From contig OZ024742.1 of assembly GCA_964016885.1 (NCBI GenBank), positions 105,338,001 to 105,402,000 of the forward strand: DNA of 64,000 bases. Reading direction: 5' to 3'. Under the pieces are notes generated by a model that searched no databases, was not told the DNA's origin, and was given only the letters and a program-made list of their open reading frames with translations. The DNA comes from Eledone cirrhosa (lineage: Eukaryota). Made by a program: the position numbers and the translations under genes. Positions 14,201 to 26,539 of this stretch are shown here, in pieces; within the stretch, counting starts at the first letter, position 1; each line of letters begins with the position of its first letter.

Positions 14201-14949
14201 TTACCACATTCAAATATACAAAAAAAAAAAAAATTATACAGATCCTCCACAAATATGTATTATGTACTCTAAGTCACTCACCCTCTATAGGACATTAAAA
14301 GAAAATTGTTCACATAAGATGATGGTGGTAGTGATTGTGGCAATGAATTTTATTCTTTAACCCTTTTGATGCTAAACCATGTGAAACCAACTGAAACTGC
14401 CCCTAGTTCTATGACACTAGGTTGTTTACTTTAAAGTATTTCTATTTATCTAAAAACTTTCCCTTTATTAAATCATACTTCATACACCAGCTTAATCATT
14501 AGAAAGTTATATTACTAAATCCTTCCAAATTCTTGAATATTTCAAAAGGATTTGAAATTTTGAGGCAGTGTTTTCCATTAGAATTATGGTAATGAATAGA
14601 ATAGCCTTTAAAGGAAAATATGATAAACAATTTAAGTATGAAGCTAGGGTTGAGAACTGTTAGTGATTACCTAAATTATCTTCATCCAATTAAAATTGAG
14701 TGTGTGTGACATGGTGAAAAGTAGTTTAATTATATATATATATATATTTATGTGTGTGCGTGTGTCACAACAAAAAGCATCCAGTACACACTCTAAATGT
14801 GGTTGGCATTCGGAAGGGCATCCAGCCATAGAAACCAAGCCAAAATCAGTTCTGTATGAGCAATAGATGGTCATCTCACATGGCCTGTCTCACAACAGGA
14901 CAACTCGTTTAACCCATGCTAGCGTGGAAAAATGGATGTTCATTGGTGA

Positions 14950-14989
<40 letters not shown>

Positions 14990-16244
14990 TTCAATGAAAA
15001 AAGAAGGCCGAATTCCAAATATTCTTTTAATGTTGCAAAAGCACGATGCGTATTTCTATGGCCCACAAGTTTACGTCATCAGGTCATGATGCAAGACACA
15101 CATATATATGACAAAAAATGCTATTTTAAAAGTGTTGTAAGAGAGATGATTCATTGAAGGAAATGGTTTATCGAGTTACTATATTAAAATATTCCAAATG
15201 AAAACATTCGTTCAATGTTTTTCTTTATTTCCTATATTACTAAGAATTAACGTCATCGTTTTACGTCTGAACCACAACCAAGGATAGAAAGAAGAAGAAG
15301 AAGGGATAAATGTTGCTGTTTTCTTCCCACATCAACTCCTTTCCAACAAGCCTTGATCAACCATCCTGTCCTTTTTTCATCTTCCTTTCTTTTATAGTGT
15401 ATCTCGGCCTACATGACTGAATTCTTAAAATGATTTAAGAGAGAAAGAGAGAGAAATTAGGTTGTTATTTGTAGCAAATCGAACGGCTCGATAAAAGAAT
15501 TTTACAGTGAAGACGAAAAGTTTCTCCCAGTACAATGTAAGGGAGGCAATCAATGCCAAGCAGGTGAAACTATAACTTCGTTACATGTTTTCGGCGAACA
15601 AAATAGGATTTGCTTCATTAACAGTTATATTGTTGGACATGTATGTGTAAAGTAAAATAATAATTGTTTCTAATTTAGGTACAAGAGTAGCAATTTTAGA
15701 AGCAAAGGAAAGTCGATTATATCGGCCCAGTACCTGACTTTACTTTATTTTATTGACCCCTGAATGATGAAAGCAAAGTTGACCTCAGGGGATTTCAACT
15801 TAGAACGTAGAGAGCAGTAACAGATACCACAAAGCATATGTCCGACGCTCTCACGACACTGCTAATCCACCATAATAACAATAATGATAATCTCTTTATT
15901 GGTTACAAACGCCCAAAGCTGTTGGGAAAAGTATGCTGAATTGCCTAAAAATAATTCGAGAGAAATCCCAGCGTATCTGGGTATTCTTCCTCTTTTTTTT
16001 TTTTTTCTAATACCTCTTTTTTTTTTCTATTTTCTAACACACAATTTATTTGTTGATTTTCATATGAGCATAATATAATTTCACAGTAAAAATAATGATT
16101 TATTTCATTATAAGCCACAAGGACTCAGACATTGGGGACAATACATAGACAAAAACAACTCAAGAATGGAGTCTATAGCAAGTAAATGAAAGGGGACATC
16201 ACCGGAGAGAAAACTAGTTATAAAATTAATAGAAATTACAATAG

Positions 16245-17500
16245 TTGTTTCTACTTAAGGCCAACAATTTTTTTTTGGGGGGGGGGGGGGGTTACGTCAA
16301 CCTCAGTGCATTACTGGTACTGTATTTTATCGACCCCGTAAGGATGAAAGGCAAAGCTAATCTCGGCGGGATTTAAACTCAGAACGTAAAGGGCCGTAAC
16401 TCTGTGCCACAAAGTATATTGCCCGACGCTCTACCAATACTGCCAACCCTAACCCTAACCCCAACCCCAACCCTTGTAATAGTGGTTTCTGATTTAGGCA
16501 CAAGGCCAACAATTTTTGGAGAAGTTAATTGAATTGACCCCAGTGCACTGCACTACTGGTGCTTTATTTTATCAACCTAGAAAGGATGAAAAGCAAAGTA
16601 GACCTTGGCGGGAATTGAACTCGCAATGTAAAGAGCCGGAATAAGTGCCGCAAAGCATTTTCTCCAACACTCTAATGATTCTGCCAATCCACCACTCTCG
16701 CTGTCCTTGTAATAATTGTTTCTACTTTTGGCACAAGGCCAGCAATTACCCAGTACATTACTGGTACTTTATTTTATCGACCCCGTAAGGATGAAAGGCA
16801 AAGTTAACCTCGACGAGATTTGAACTCAGACAGTAATAGGACGTAACTATGCTGGAGAGCATGGCGTCCAACCCTCTACCGATACTGCCAATTCACCGCT
16901 GTCCTTGTAATAATTGTTTCTACTTTTTGGCACAAGGCCCGCAATTACCCAGTGCATTAGGCACAAGGCCAGCAATTTTGGTGGAGGGGGTAAGTCGATT
17001 AAATCGACCCCAGTGCGTGACTGGTACTTTAATTTATCGACCCCGTAGGATGAAAGGCAAAGTTAACCCCGGCGGGATTTGAACTCAGATCATAAAGGAC
17101 CGTAACTCTATCCTGCAAAGCATGGCGCCCGGCCCGCTACCGACACTGCCAATCCACCGCCCTTGTACTTGTAATAATTGTTTCTACTGTTGGCACAAGG
17201 CCAGCAATTACCCAGTGCATTACTGGTACTTTATTTTATCGATCCCGTAAGGATGAAAGGCAAAGTTAACCTCGACGGGATTTGAACTCAGAATGGCAAG
17301 AGCCGCAATATATTTTTTACTACTTTAGGCACAAGGCCAGCAATTGACAGTACATTACTGGTACTTTATTTTATCGACCCCGTAAGGATGAAAGGCAAAT
17401 TCAACCTCAGCGGGATTTGAACTCAGATCGTAAAGGGACGTAACTATGCTGGAAAGCATGGCGTCCGACCCTCTACCGATACTGCCAATCCACCGCCCTT
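16245..17500 (-). mobile_element. Head-to-tail array of about six to seven SINE copies
   Basis: Repeated ~180-220 bp unit aattgtttctacttttggcacaaggccagc...aggatgaaaggcaaagttaacc...ctgccaatccaccgcc. Confidence 0.88.
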
Positions 17501-17869
17501 TTATTATTACGGCAAGAGCCGTAATAATAAAAGTACAAAAGACACTAGAGGTTTTGTTTACATGAAACAACAATAACAGAATAACGATAAAAATACCAAG
17601 AGAAAGTGATGAGGATTACTCTGACTAACAAAAGCAAATATCCTCGCCTAACTGTCATTCTCTAGCATAGATGTTATATACCAAAGGGTCATTCTCTTGG
17701 GCCATATTCACTATGTTCATCCATCTTTCAACAAATTTACTGGAGCGTGGCATCTCCATCTCAACCCAAATATTCCTTTCCAGGTAAAACTTGAAAAGTC
17801 TGATGAAGGTTTACCTAAAGGCAGAATATTAGTCTGCTTTCCTTTTAGTCATGTTCACCACACATCCTC

Positions 17870-18200
17870 TTTCGTCACAGAAACGAGGCAGAAGAAAAAC
17901 CGCCTGCCTTTCTTAGTCGAAGGAAGGGGAAAAAGCGATCATCTTGATGGATTCGGCTCATCATAGCTGATCTGTCCTACATTCGACAGCAGCTGTTTGA
18001 CATAACTCCGCAAGCCGGCGACGCTCGAATGCTGAAAAGGCGCCTGGACGGTATAAACTTTTTTTCCGTTTGAGGAATGCCACATATTGCGACAGACGTT
18101 TCGATGCCAACCTCATCACTTTAGTCACAAATCCGGACATCGCCTCCCGTAATGAAGAGGAGGGGAAGATGCTCAAATACTGGGCTTTGACCACCTGCTT
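17870..18200 (-). mobile_element. Tx1/L1 C-terminal fragment
   Basis: Minus frame LRSYVKQLLSNVGQI matches LWSYVEQLLSRV of the Tx1 piece at 36.7 kb. Confidence 0.55.
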
Positions 18201-18829
18201 CCTTTTTGTGCCGGCTATTTATTATTTAAGGAACAGGCTACATACCTAGTCTCGGCAAAATAGACAAACTTGCTTTTTAAGCTTATTTTACCGGTAAACC
18301 TGAAAGGGACGCAACTCTAGCCGGGGTCCCGGAAGCTTATTTTACCACTAAATAATAAATAATTGTTTCTACTTTTGGCACGAGGCCAGCAATTACTCCA
18401 GTGTATGACTGGTACTTTATTTTATCGACCCCGTAAGGATGAAAGGCAAAGTTAACCTCGAATGTTTTAGAACCCAGGTAGTGACTACTATCTTTAACTC
18501 AGGTCGTGACTTTCTGTCAAAATTCTTAATTTCGAAAATATTTAAATTTCTGCTAAAATTCTTAAGCCATGGAACTCAGTAGATGTGTGTGTATGTAACT
18601 AAAGCGCAACGTACTTCACGAATGGATAAAACACAAGCAGAATTATAATAAGATGATGACTAACTGATTTAAACTTGCTTTTTAACAACTTGTGGTGGAA
18701 AAGATTTCAACTTGTCTTAACTCGGGCCGCAACTCGTAGTGTCTTACCGACTAAATAGCTCTAAGAAGCGAGGGCACAGAGTTGTAATAAAACCATGAAT
18801 CGTACTGAACGATTCGCGGCAGATGTGTA

Positions 18830-19900
18830 TGGCCTTTCGCCAACACTTTGCTCGATAGTTCGGGGAGGGTGGCGGGTCAGACAGAGACGGTAGTGGACTT
18901 CAGTTCCTACCTTGACGGCCTCCCGTGACTCTCCCCAGCCGATACTAGGTGTTGCAAAAGGCCGATAACATCAGCCGAGATTCGGGATGCCCTGGTCGGT
19001 TGCACGAGGTGCAAATAATCCGGTTTGGATGCTCTACCGTACGAATTTTACGCAGAAATTCCAGACTTGTCCTCCGATCTCCCCGAAGCAGTCTATTGCA
19101 ATTGGCAGCAGAACGGGAGCATTCCTAGTTCTGTGAGCCCAGGTGTAGTAACGCTGATGAGGAAAGATGAGAACAAAAGAGATACTTGAGGCAATTTCAG
19201 ACCCATAACTCTGTTAAACACACAGTTTAATATTTTGGCAAAGGTTTTAGCAAAGGGGTTGGCGCGTGTCAAGAGTTTAGTAGGGGAGGCGCAAACTTGC
19301 GCAATCCCGACCAGGTCTACACACGACAACCTCGACCTAATGCGATAGGGTGTAAACCTGGCTTCGATGGAGCTATGATCAATTTAGATCATTCGAAAGC
19401 TTACGATAGGGTTGACCATCGATACCTGGAGGCTGTCCTCAAGGCAGCTGGCTTCGGTCCCATCTTCAGAGGCTGGATCGCTACAATGCACAGCGGCATC
19501 TGCTCTGTGCTCAAAGTTAATGGCCACCTTTTAGAACCATTTCAGATTGCGTGATCGGTCCGTCAAGGGTGCTCTCTCTTCTCCCTTCTGTACGTATTGA
19601 CTCTCGGGCCTTTACTGCGGAAGCAGAAACTGTTACAGGGCATCCCGCTCGAACAGGGACGTACATGGGCTGTGTCGGAATATGTGGACGAGATCACTGT
19701 GATGGTGTCAAACACCTCGGAAATCGAGGTGGACGACACCTTCTTAGAAAAATATGAAAGGTTGGTGGGAGCAAAAGTGAACCTGGATTTTCGGTGGGTT
19801 AGCATCTCGGCACCTAGAAAGACAAATCTATGCTGTTCAAATGCGTCATCGGACACTGGACGGACAGGCCGGTGAAGTTACTCGGGGTCTGGTTCGACAC
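18830..19900 (+). mobile_element. Tx1/L1-clade reverse transcriptase fragment (frameshifted)
   Basis: GLDALPYEFY, NFRPITLLNT, KILAKVLA, NLDHSKAYDRVDH, VRQGCSLFSLLYVL, YVDEIT and VKLLGVWF. Confidence 0.88.
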
Positions 19901-21469
19901 CCCACAAAATGATAGGAGTAATGAATCTTATGTATATAGGAATACATTATCCAATGAGTCTTTCTTTTTTTAAGATGCTAGAAATTAGGTTACTTTTTCT
20001 AACAGTTTGAGTAACCATGCAAAGGCACCCATATTGATTTTATTATATACTAGCAGTGGTACTCGGCGTTGCACGGGACAAGGTATTTTGGAACGCGGGC
20101 TGCCAATCGTGGAAAAACTGCATGCGTGGACAATATGTAAAGAAAATAAACCGAATACTCTGATGGCTGGATAAATATTTCCAAAATTAAGAATTTTGAC
20201 AGAAAGTCACGACCTGAGTTAAAGATAGTAGTCACTACCTGGATTCTAAAACATTCGAGGTTAACTTTGCCTTGCATCCTTACGGGGTCGATAAAATAAA
20301 GTACCAGTAATGCACTGGGGTAATTGCTAGCCTTGTTCCAAAAATAGAAACAATTATTATAGTTGTCTAAGGGCGGTAGATTGGCAGTATCAATAGAGCG
20401 TCGGACAACATGCTTCGCAGCATAGAGTTATGGTTCTTTACGTTCTGAGTTCAAATCCCTCCAAGGTTAACTTTACCTTTCATCATTATGGAGTCGATAA
20501 AATAAAGTGCCAGTCACGCACTGGGGTCAATTTAATCGACTTTCCCCTCCGCCGGCCTTGTGACTATATAAGAAACTATTATTATAGTTGTCTGCATTGA
20601 GGTGACTATATTTTCAGGGTACTGTATTTATTCAACTATTACTGTACTTGTGGCGATTACTGCATTGTGGCGATTATATTTTTGGAAACAAATATTTTAC
20701 TATATTTCAATAGGAAACTACCACAAAGGTTTTTCTTGCCAAATCTTTCTGATCACTCGGCAGTTTGATGAGATACAAGCTACATTTATTAATATAGGCC
20801 GCGCGCATGCACACACACATCTTAACATATATTTTTTAATGTTTGTGTGTGTGAATTAGATCTTTTACTGATTTGGTATTAGTCACTCAACTAGTCTGCG
20901 ATCATACGGAGGCGACGCCTTAAAACTACTAAGAAGTGAAATGACTCAGTCATTAAATACCTTTCTACAGATTCCAATTATGAAAAATATAAAGAACTAA
21001 AAAAAGCTAACCTGGAGTCCATAGGCAATATGTGGAGCATATACAACTCAAAAGGGGTCGGGTCAGAGATATTGAGAACGCTCTGCTAAAATTAGATAAC
21101 TACCTCTCTCAGAAAATAATAAAGAAATAAACAGTGATTTGGATACCGGGCCATAAAAGAGGAAATAGGAAAGCAGACGAATTAGTAAAATAGGGAGCAC
21201 AAAGGGAAATAATAGATATAGACTACATCCCAAATCTTTCGCAGGTAAAATCATTTAGCAAACAAATAATTAGTCAAAAGTGGGAAATATTTTGGGAAGA
21301 ATCCAGGGATAAGCTCACAATTTCAGTCCCCCATTTTCTCAACCATATTTGACGACATTCAAAGCTTATCGTAAAGCAAATAAAAGAAGTGTATGCTGGC
21401 TTCGAACTGGACATATATGTACCTTTGAACTGCTGGCTTCGAACTGGACATATACGTACCTTTGAACTA

Positions 21470-21632
21470 CCATATTTCCCGGCGTTGAAGACGCTACTTT
21501 CTTCCTAAAATGAGTCTCAAAAATCTACCATGCGTCCTGGAGACCGAAGGTTGTTTATTATTGTTTTTCAAATTTTTGGTTGTCAAAATTAGGGTGCGCC
21601 GGAAAATATGTCTTCAGCACCGGAAAATACGG
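21470..21632. mobile_element. Tc1/mariner (pogo-like) MITE
   Basis: TA-ccatatttcccggcgttgaaga ... tcttcagcaccggaaaatacgg-TA. A second copy lies inverted at 37567-37732. Confidence 0.8.
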
Positions 21633-21729
21633 TACATTCTATAAAGAACAGCACTATTTTCACTTATTTTTCACTTAAAAAGATTAAGCAGCTGAACTTC
21701 AAGAAGCTGCTGATTAAAAGGAATAAAGA

Positions 21730-23128
21730 GCCTTTTATACCTTGATTTCAGCAAGGTTTTGACAGAGTTGATCACAGCATCCTGTTGAAGAAACTATACT
21801 GTGAAAAGCTACTACAGTGGACTAAGTGTTTCTTAGTAAAGAGATCCCAGTATGTTGTGATTGAAGAAATTCGATGAAGCTCAGCTAAAGTCAGTAGTGG
21901 CGTCCCATAAGGAACTACGTTAAAACCACTTCATTTTATTATTTGGGAATTGGCAGTATCGGTAGAGGGTTGAACGCCATGCTTTCTAGCATAGTTCAAA
22001 TCCCGCCGAGGTTAACTTTGCCTTTCATCCTTACGGGGTCGATAAAATAAAGTACCAGTAATGTACTGGATAATTGCTGGCCTTGTGCCTAAAGTAGAAA
22101 CAATTATTTATATCAACGACATTATAGACGTCATGAAGTACAGCAAAATAAGAATTTTCGCAGGTGATTCCAATCTCCAGAAGGTCATTAACGAAGTGGG
22201 AGACCGGACATGCCTTCAATCGGATTTGTTTGCTGTTATCCAATGGTTGAAAAAACAAACAAAACAATATACTACTAAACGACGATAAATTTGAGTTAAT
22301 CCACTTTGAAAAATAGTTAAGTTACCATATTATTTTCCCTCGGGTGAAACCCTCGAGGCAGCCAACAATACCAGAGACCTTCGAGTAATTGCCGCAAACA
22401 ATTTAAACTTAAAAGTTGACATGGCCTGCAGGATGTGTTCCTGGATTCTTAGAACTTTCTGGTCTAGAAATATTCACATCATTTTCCTCTTCTTCTCTAC
22501 CTTTGCCCGGCTCCAACTTGAATACTGTTGTCCACTGTGGTCTCCTACACAAAACAAAGTATTATGAAAATTAAAACATCCCAGAGGTCAATTACAAAAA
22601 ATACAAAAAAAAAAAAAAAAAGAAATAGATGGCATGACAAGCCTTGGCAATTAAGGACTAGAAAAACTGAAACTCTACTGTCTCCAACGCCGCTGTGAGT
22701 GCTATATCATTTGTATGGCGGGGAAAATATTTCATGAACATTGCCTAAATGATTTTGGCATCAACTTCAAATTCAACCCAAGGCTTGGCCCCGTGCTATC
22801 CACCCATTAACAAAAATCGACCTCACATCTCATAACATTACGACACAAGTATTTCACTTCAACTGGTCCTGCTCTCTTTAATTTCATACCAAAAAACATC
22901 AAAAACAGAAACAAATCCCATAAAATTCAAAAGGTCCCTGGACAAATTCCTCCAAGAAATTTGGGACAAACCCATCAACCAGATATGTTTCCGGAAACAA
23001 TAATTCTTTACTGGAGTGGGCCATAGTGACCAAAATATGATTGAGGTGTGGATCATGTATGAATGACTTCGCCACCTGTTGCTTAAGTTTGACATGGCCT
23101 GCGCCAATACTGGCGAAACCTATCAAAG

Positions 23129-23130
<2 letters not shown>
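21730..23130 (+). mobile_element. CR1/L2-group LINE, 5'-truncated, interrupted by a SINE (about 21945-22108)
   Basis: YLDFSKVFDRVDHSILLKKL, SGVP*G, IYINDI, RIFAGDS and LEYCCPLWSP. The SINE is flanked by ATTATTT and splits FII/YIND. The 3' end abuts (TA)n. Confidence 0.85.
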
Positions 23131-23183
<53 letters not shown>

Positions 23184-23327
23184 TAAACAAATAATGAATA
23201 AACAATTCCTTATATTAAACAAAAAAAGTTCATTATTTAACGATCGTTTCTAGGATATATATGTGTTAGAATTGGTATGCATATTCATACGGATTGGACA
23301 CTACCGTAAACTCTTGGTAGATTTATC

Positions 23328-23367
<40 letters not shown>

Positions 23368-23374
<7 letters not shown>

Positions 23375-23612
23375 GAATGTATATATAGTATATTTGGCAA
23401 TATACTGTATGTTTAATTTAAAACATTCAGAAGGCCATTTGCCATGAGTTTTAAAGTAATGACTATGTCACTTATTTATTCTCGGCAAAAACAACCGAGA
23501 ATAAGTAAGTGACATAGTCACTACTTTAAACCTAATAGCAAATGGTCTTCTAAATGTTTTTAATTAAACATACAGTATATTGCCAAATATACTATATATA
23601 CATTCATGTATA
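23368..23612. repeat. Fold-back palindrome, 118-bp arms, 9-nt loop
   Basis: 23368-23485 is the imperfect reverse complement of 23495-23612. Confidence 0.9.
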
Positions 23613-23651
23613 CATCGCTATTTCAGAGCACCAATACTAATATATATATAT

Positions 23652-23790
23652 ATAAATAGCTTAGAGTTTAGACTCAAAGGGGTCGTTTACAATCATTTCA
23701 GCTCTTTACAATCATTACTGCTCAGAAGCGATTCCTAGAGCTGAAATGATTGTAAATGACCCCTTTGAGTCTAAACTCTAAGCTATTTAT
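23652..23790. repeat. Fold-back palindrome, 54-bp arms, 31-nt spacer
   Basis: 23652-23705 versus 23737-23790, near perfect. Confidence 0.9.
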
Positions 23791-24274
23791 CACTGCTCCC
23801 CCAGGTGAGCTGAATTTTGTAATCCCATATAAACGGCTGTTATTTCTAGCACTATGTGTGGGACGTTAGAGGACTGGAATAAGCCGTGTGCAAAACCTCG
23901 TGTATTTTCGCTACGCTAACCAGACCGTAGATATTTTTCTGAGGTGGAGTTATTTTATTTTTATCTGGGTACCTATTGATAAACACAGAAAAAGTTGATT
24001 AACTCACTGCTAATTAGTTAATTATTTTACTATTATACCATCCTTTGTGAAACATGTTTGAAGTTTGAAGTTCTGACCGATCTGCGGAAAAAGTTTGTAT
24101 TTTGAATTTTAAACGTGTCTAGGTACCAAGGCTTTTTGCCCATATGAGTCTGTGAGTATTGATTTATTATTTTCTAGATCGTACAGGCAGACCTTATGTT
24201 GTTGAATTAAGATTTTTCACTCTAGCGATCTTATTAGTCAATTGCAACTAAAACATGTAAATGTTCATCAAATA

Positions 24275-24330
<56 letters not shown>

Positions 24331-24459
24331 GAAGTTCTATTTAAATTGTTGGGATACAGCAAGCAAATATTTTTATAACTGATATAAAGCACTCAACAAA
24401 TTATTGGTGTAAAAATACAATATATTAACAAATGGAAACTATATTTATAAAACCATATA

Positions 24460-24524
24460 TATTTCATTATACATATTTCAAGGACACCAAAGCAAATTAT
24501 GGTGCGCTTTCATCAGATAAAATA
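24460..24524 (-). ncRNA. Candidate hammerhead ribozyme (inverted copy)
   Basis: Reverse complement of 24642-24706. Confidence 0.68.
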
Positions 24525-24641
24525 TAATATAGATCAGTTTTATAAACAAATATTGACATACCCTATCCGGGAGCTTCCAACCGACATGGTCGCATTCTTT
24601 AAGGGTATGTCAATATTTGTTTATAAAACTAATCTATATTA

Positions 24642-24706
24642 TATTTTATCTGATGAAAGCGCACCATAATTTGCTTTGGTGTCCTTGAAATATGTATAAT
24701 GAAATA
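24642..24706 (+). ncRNA. Candidate minimal type I hammerhead ribozyme
   Basis: tattttat-CTGATGA-aagcgcacca..tggtgtcctt-GAAA-tatgta-TA-atgaaata. 8-bp stem I, stem II and a self-complementary stem III. Confidence 0.68.
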
Positions 24707-24744
24707 AATATGGTTTTATAAATATAGTTTCCATTTGTTAATAT

Positions 24745-24816
<72 letters not shown>

Positions 24817-25026
24817 TGTTCAAGCCATTTCAACAGCTATTTCTGGACTCCAGGTAGAGCGTTATACACTGCAAGTCCTTCTAAGTTTTTTTTTTATTGA
24901 TTCCTATATTCTTCAAGTTCTTCCTCAATGAGCCTGCGCGCGGACGCGCGTGTGTGTATGTTGTGTAGGAGATTATTATGTGTATGTGCACATGTGTATT
25001 TATACGTGTGGGTGTTGATATATATA

Positions 25027-25098
<72 letters not shown>

Positions 25099-25275
25099 AT
25101 ATATATATAATGTGTGCATGTGTGTTTAAGTAAAAGTCCAGAAATAGCCGTCGAAACGGCTTGAGCTCTGCCGCCGTCGGGGTCTTGAACAATTTCCTAC
25201 TACCTACTCTACTACTCTAAGTATTGAGTACTCTGGTGCGTTATGATCTACCTGATTCCTTACCACACTTCCTTC

Positions 25276-25329
<54 letters not shown>

Positions 25330-25335
<6 letters not shown>

Positions 25336-25893
25336 GCAGGGCAATAAAAATAGACGGTAGCCACGGAGTAGGTAGACCCAGAAAAACCTGGGACGACTTG
25401 ATAAATTCCGACCTCACACACTTACACCTCTCCAAGACAATGTCACTGGACCGAGATCTTTGGCGCTACACAGTAATACAGAAGACCCGCCTTACCTAAG
25501 TACAAAGTGAAACCTACTACAGTCAGTAGGCACCTCTAACAAAATACACCCCCGTCCCACTACCCCCACCCCATCCACACCACCCCTTTCAATGTAAAGT
25601 TATGTTGGTACCACAACATCCAGTCCGAAACAAATGAGGTCGTGTAGGTGTCACGACAAAAAACACACAGTCCACGCTGTAATGTGGCCGTGTAGGTAAC
25701 ACGGTAAAAACCTCCCAGTCCACACTGTAAACGTGGTTGGTGTTAGGAAGGGCATCCAGCCGTAGAAAACCCACCAGACAGTCCTATGTGAGCAAGACAA
25801 CCACTCTTGCCTCAAGTGGGAAAACTCCCGTCCAAACCCATGCAAGCGTGGAAGATGGACGTTAAACGATGATGATGATGATGATGATGATGA
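25330..25893 (+). mobile_element. RTE LINE 3' end with (GAT)n tail, inside (TA)n
   Basis: KCRAIKIDGSHGVGRPRKTW...DRDLWR. Near-identical to the minus copies at 37965-38530 and 45230-45710. Confidence 0.88.
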
Positions 25894-25905
25894 TATATAT
25901 ATATA

Positions 25906-25948
<43 letters not shown>

Positions 25949-26539
25949 ATGAGAAGAAAGAAGAATACTGCGTGGTTTTCACATGGGTTACATATGATAA
26001 AAATAGTCCTTCGTCAGTGATTTTCCAACCATCATTGGTATTTCATCGCATTAAAAATCAGATACCTCAGGTTGGTGCGAGCAATAACTAAAGAAAGTTA
26101 TTGGGACCAGTAATTCGCGTAAGGCGAGGGGGACAAGTAAACAACATAGAAGGATAAAAGCAAACCGAAGATAAGAAAATAAACAAGCAACATGGTTGTC
26201 CGGTCAGCATAAGCTGGGTGGATTTCATGACCGAGAGAGGTACAGACCGTGTTGATGTGTGTGAGATGTGAGCAAGAAGAAACCCACACAAGCCAAACGG
26301 GAGGAAGTGAGAAGGGGAGAAACAGAGAGTGAGTGAGTGGAAGTGTGAGGAAGAGGTCAGTCGAGAGAAAGTGTAACTGACAGAGGGGGCGAAAGAAGGT
26401 GAGAGAAACAGAGAGAGCGGGGAAGCAGTAAGAGAGAAACAGACAAACGCAGTCGAGGTAAATATATATAAAAAAAAACATGAGAAGAAAGAAATATATA
26501 TATGACGGTTTTCTGATCAATACAAAACTTGACCACCTC

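Larger units (their letters stand above)
24416..24750. repeat. Fold-back element, 149-bp arms, 37-nt spacer, hammerhead motif in each arm
   Basis: 24416-24564 versus 24602-24750, about two mismatches seen. Confidence 0.92.

Noticed and set aside
17420-17500. tRNA gene
   Set aside because: The A/B boxes belong to the SINE head and there is no complete cloverleaf.
17795-17850. CTGATGA-agg..cct hammerhead candidate
   Set aside because: GAAA is missing and stem I is broken. At most a decayed remnant.
24746-25192. ORFs with IYIYIY runs (also the THTH/CVCV ORFs at 55.2-55.7 kb)
   Set aside because: These are translations of stop-free dinucleotide microsatellites.
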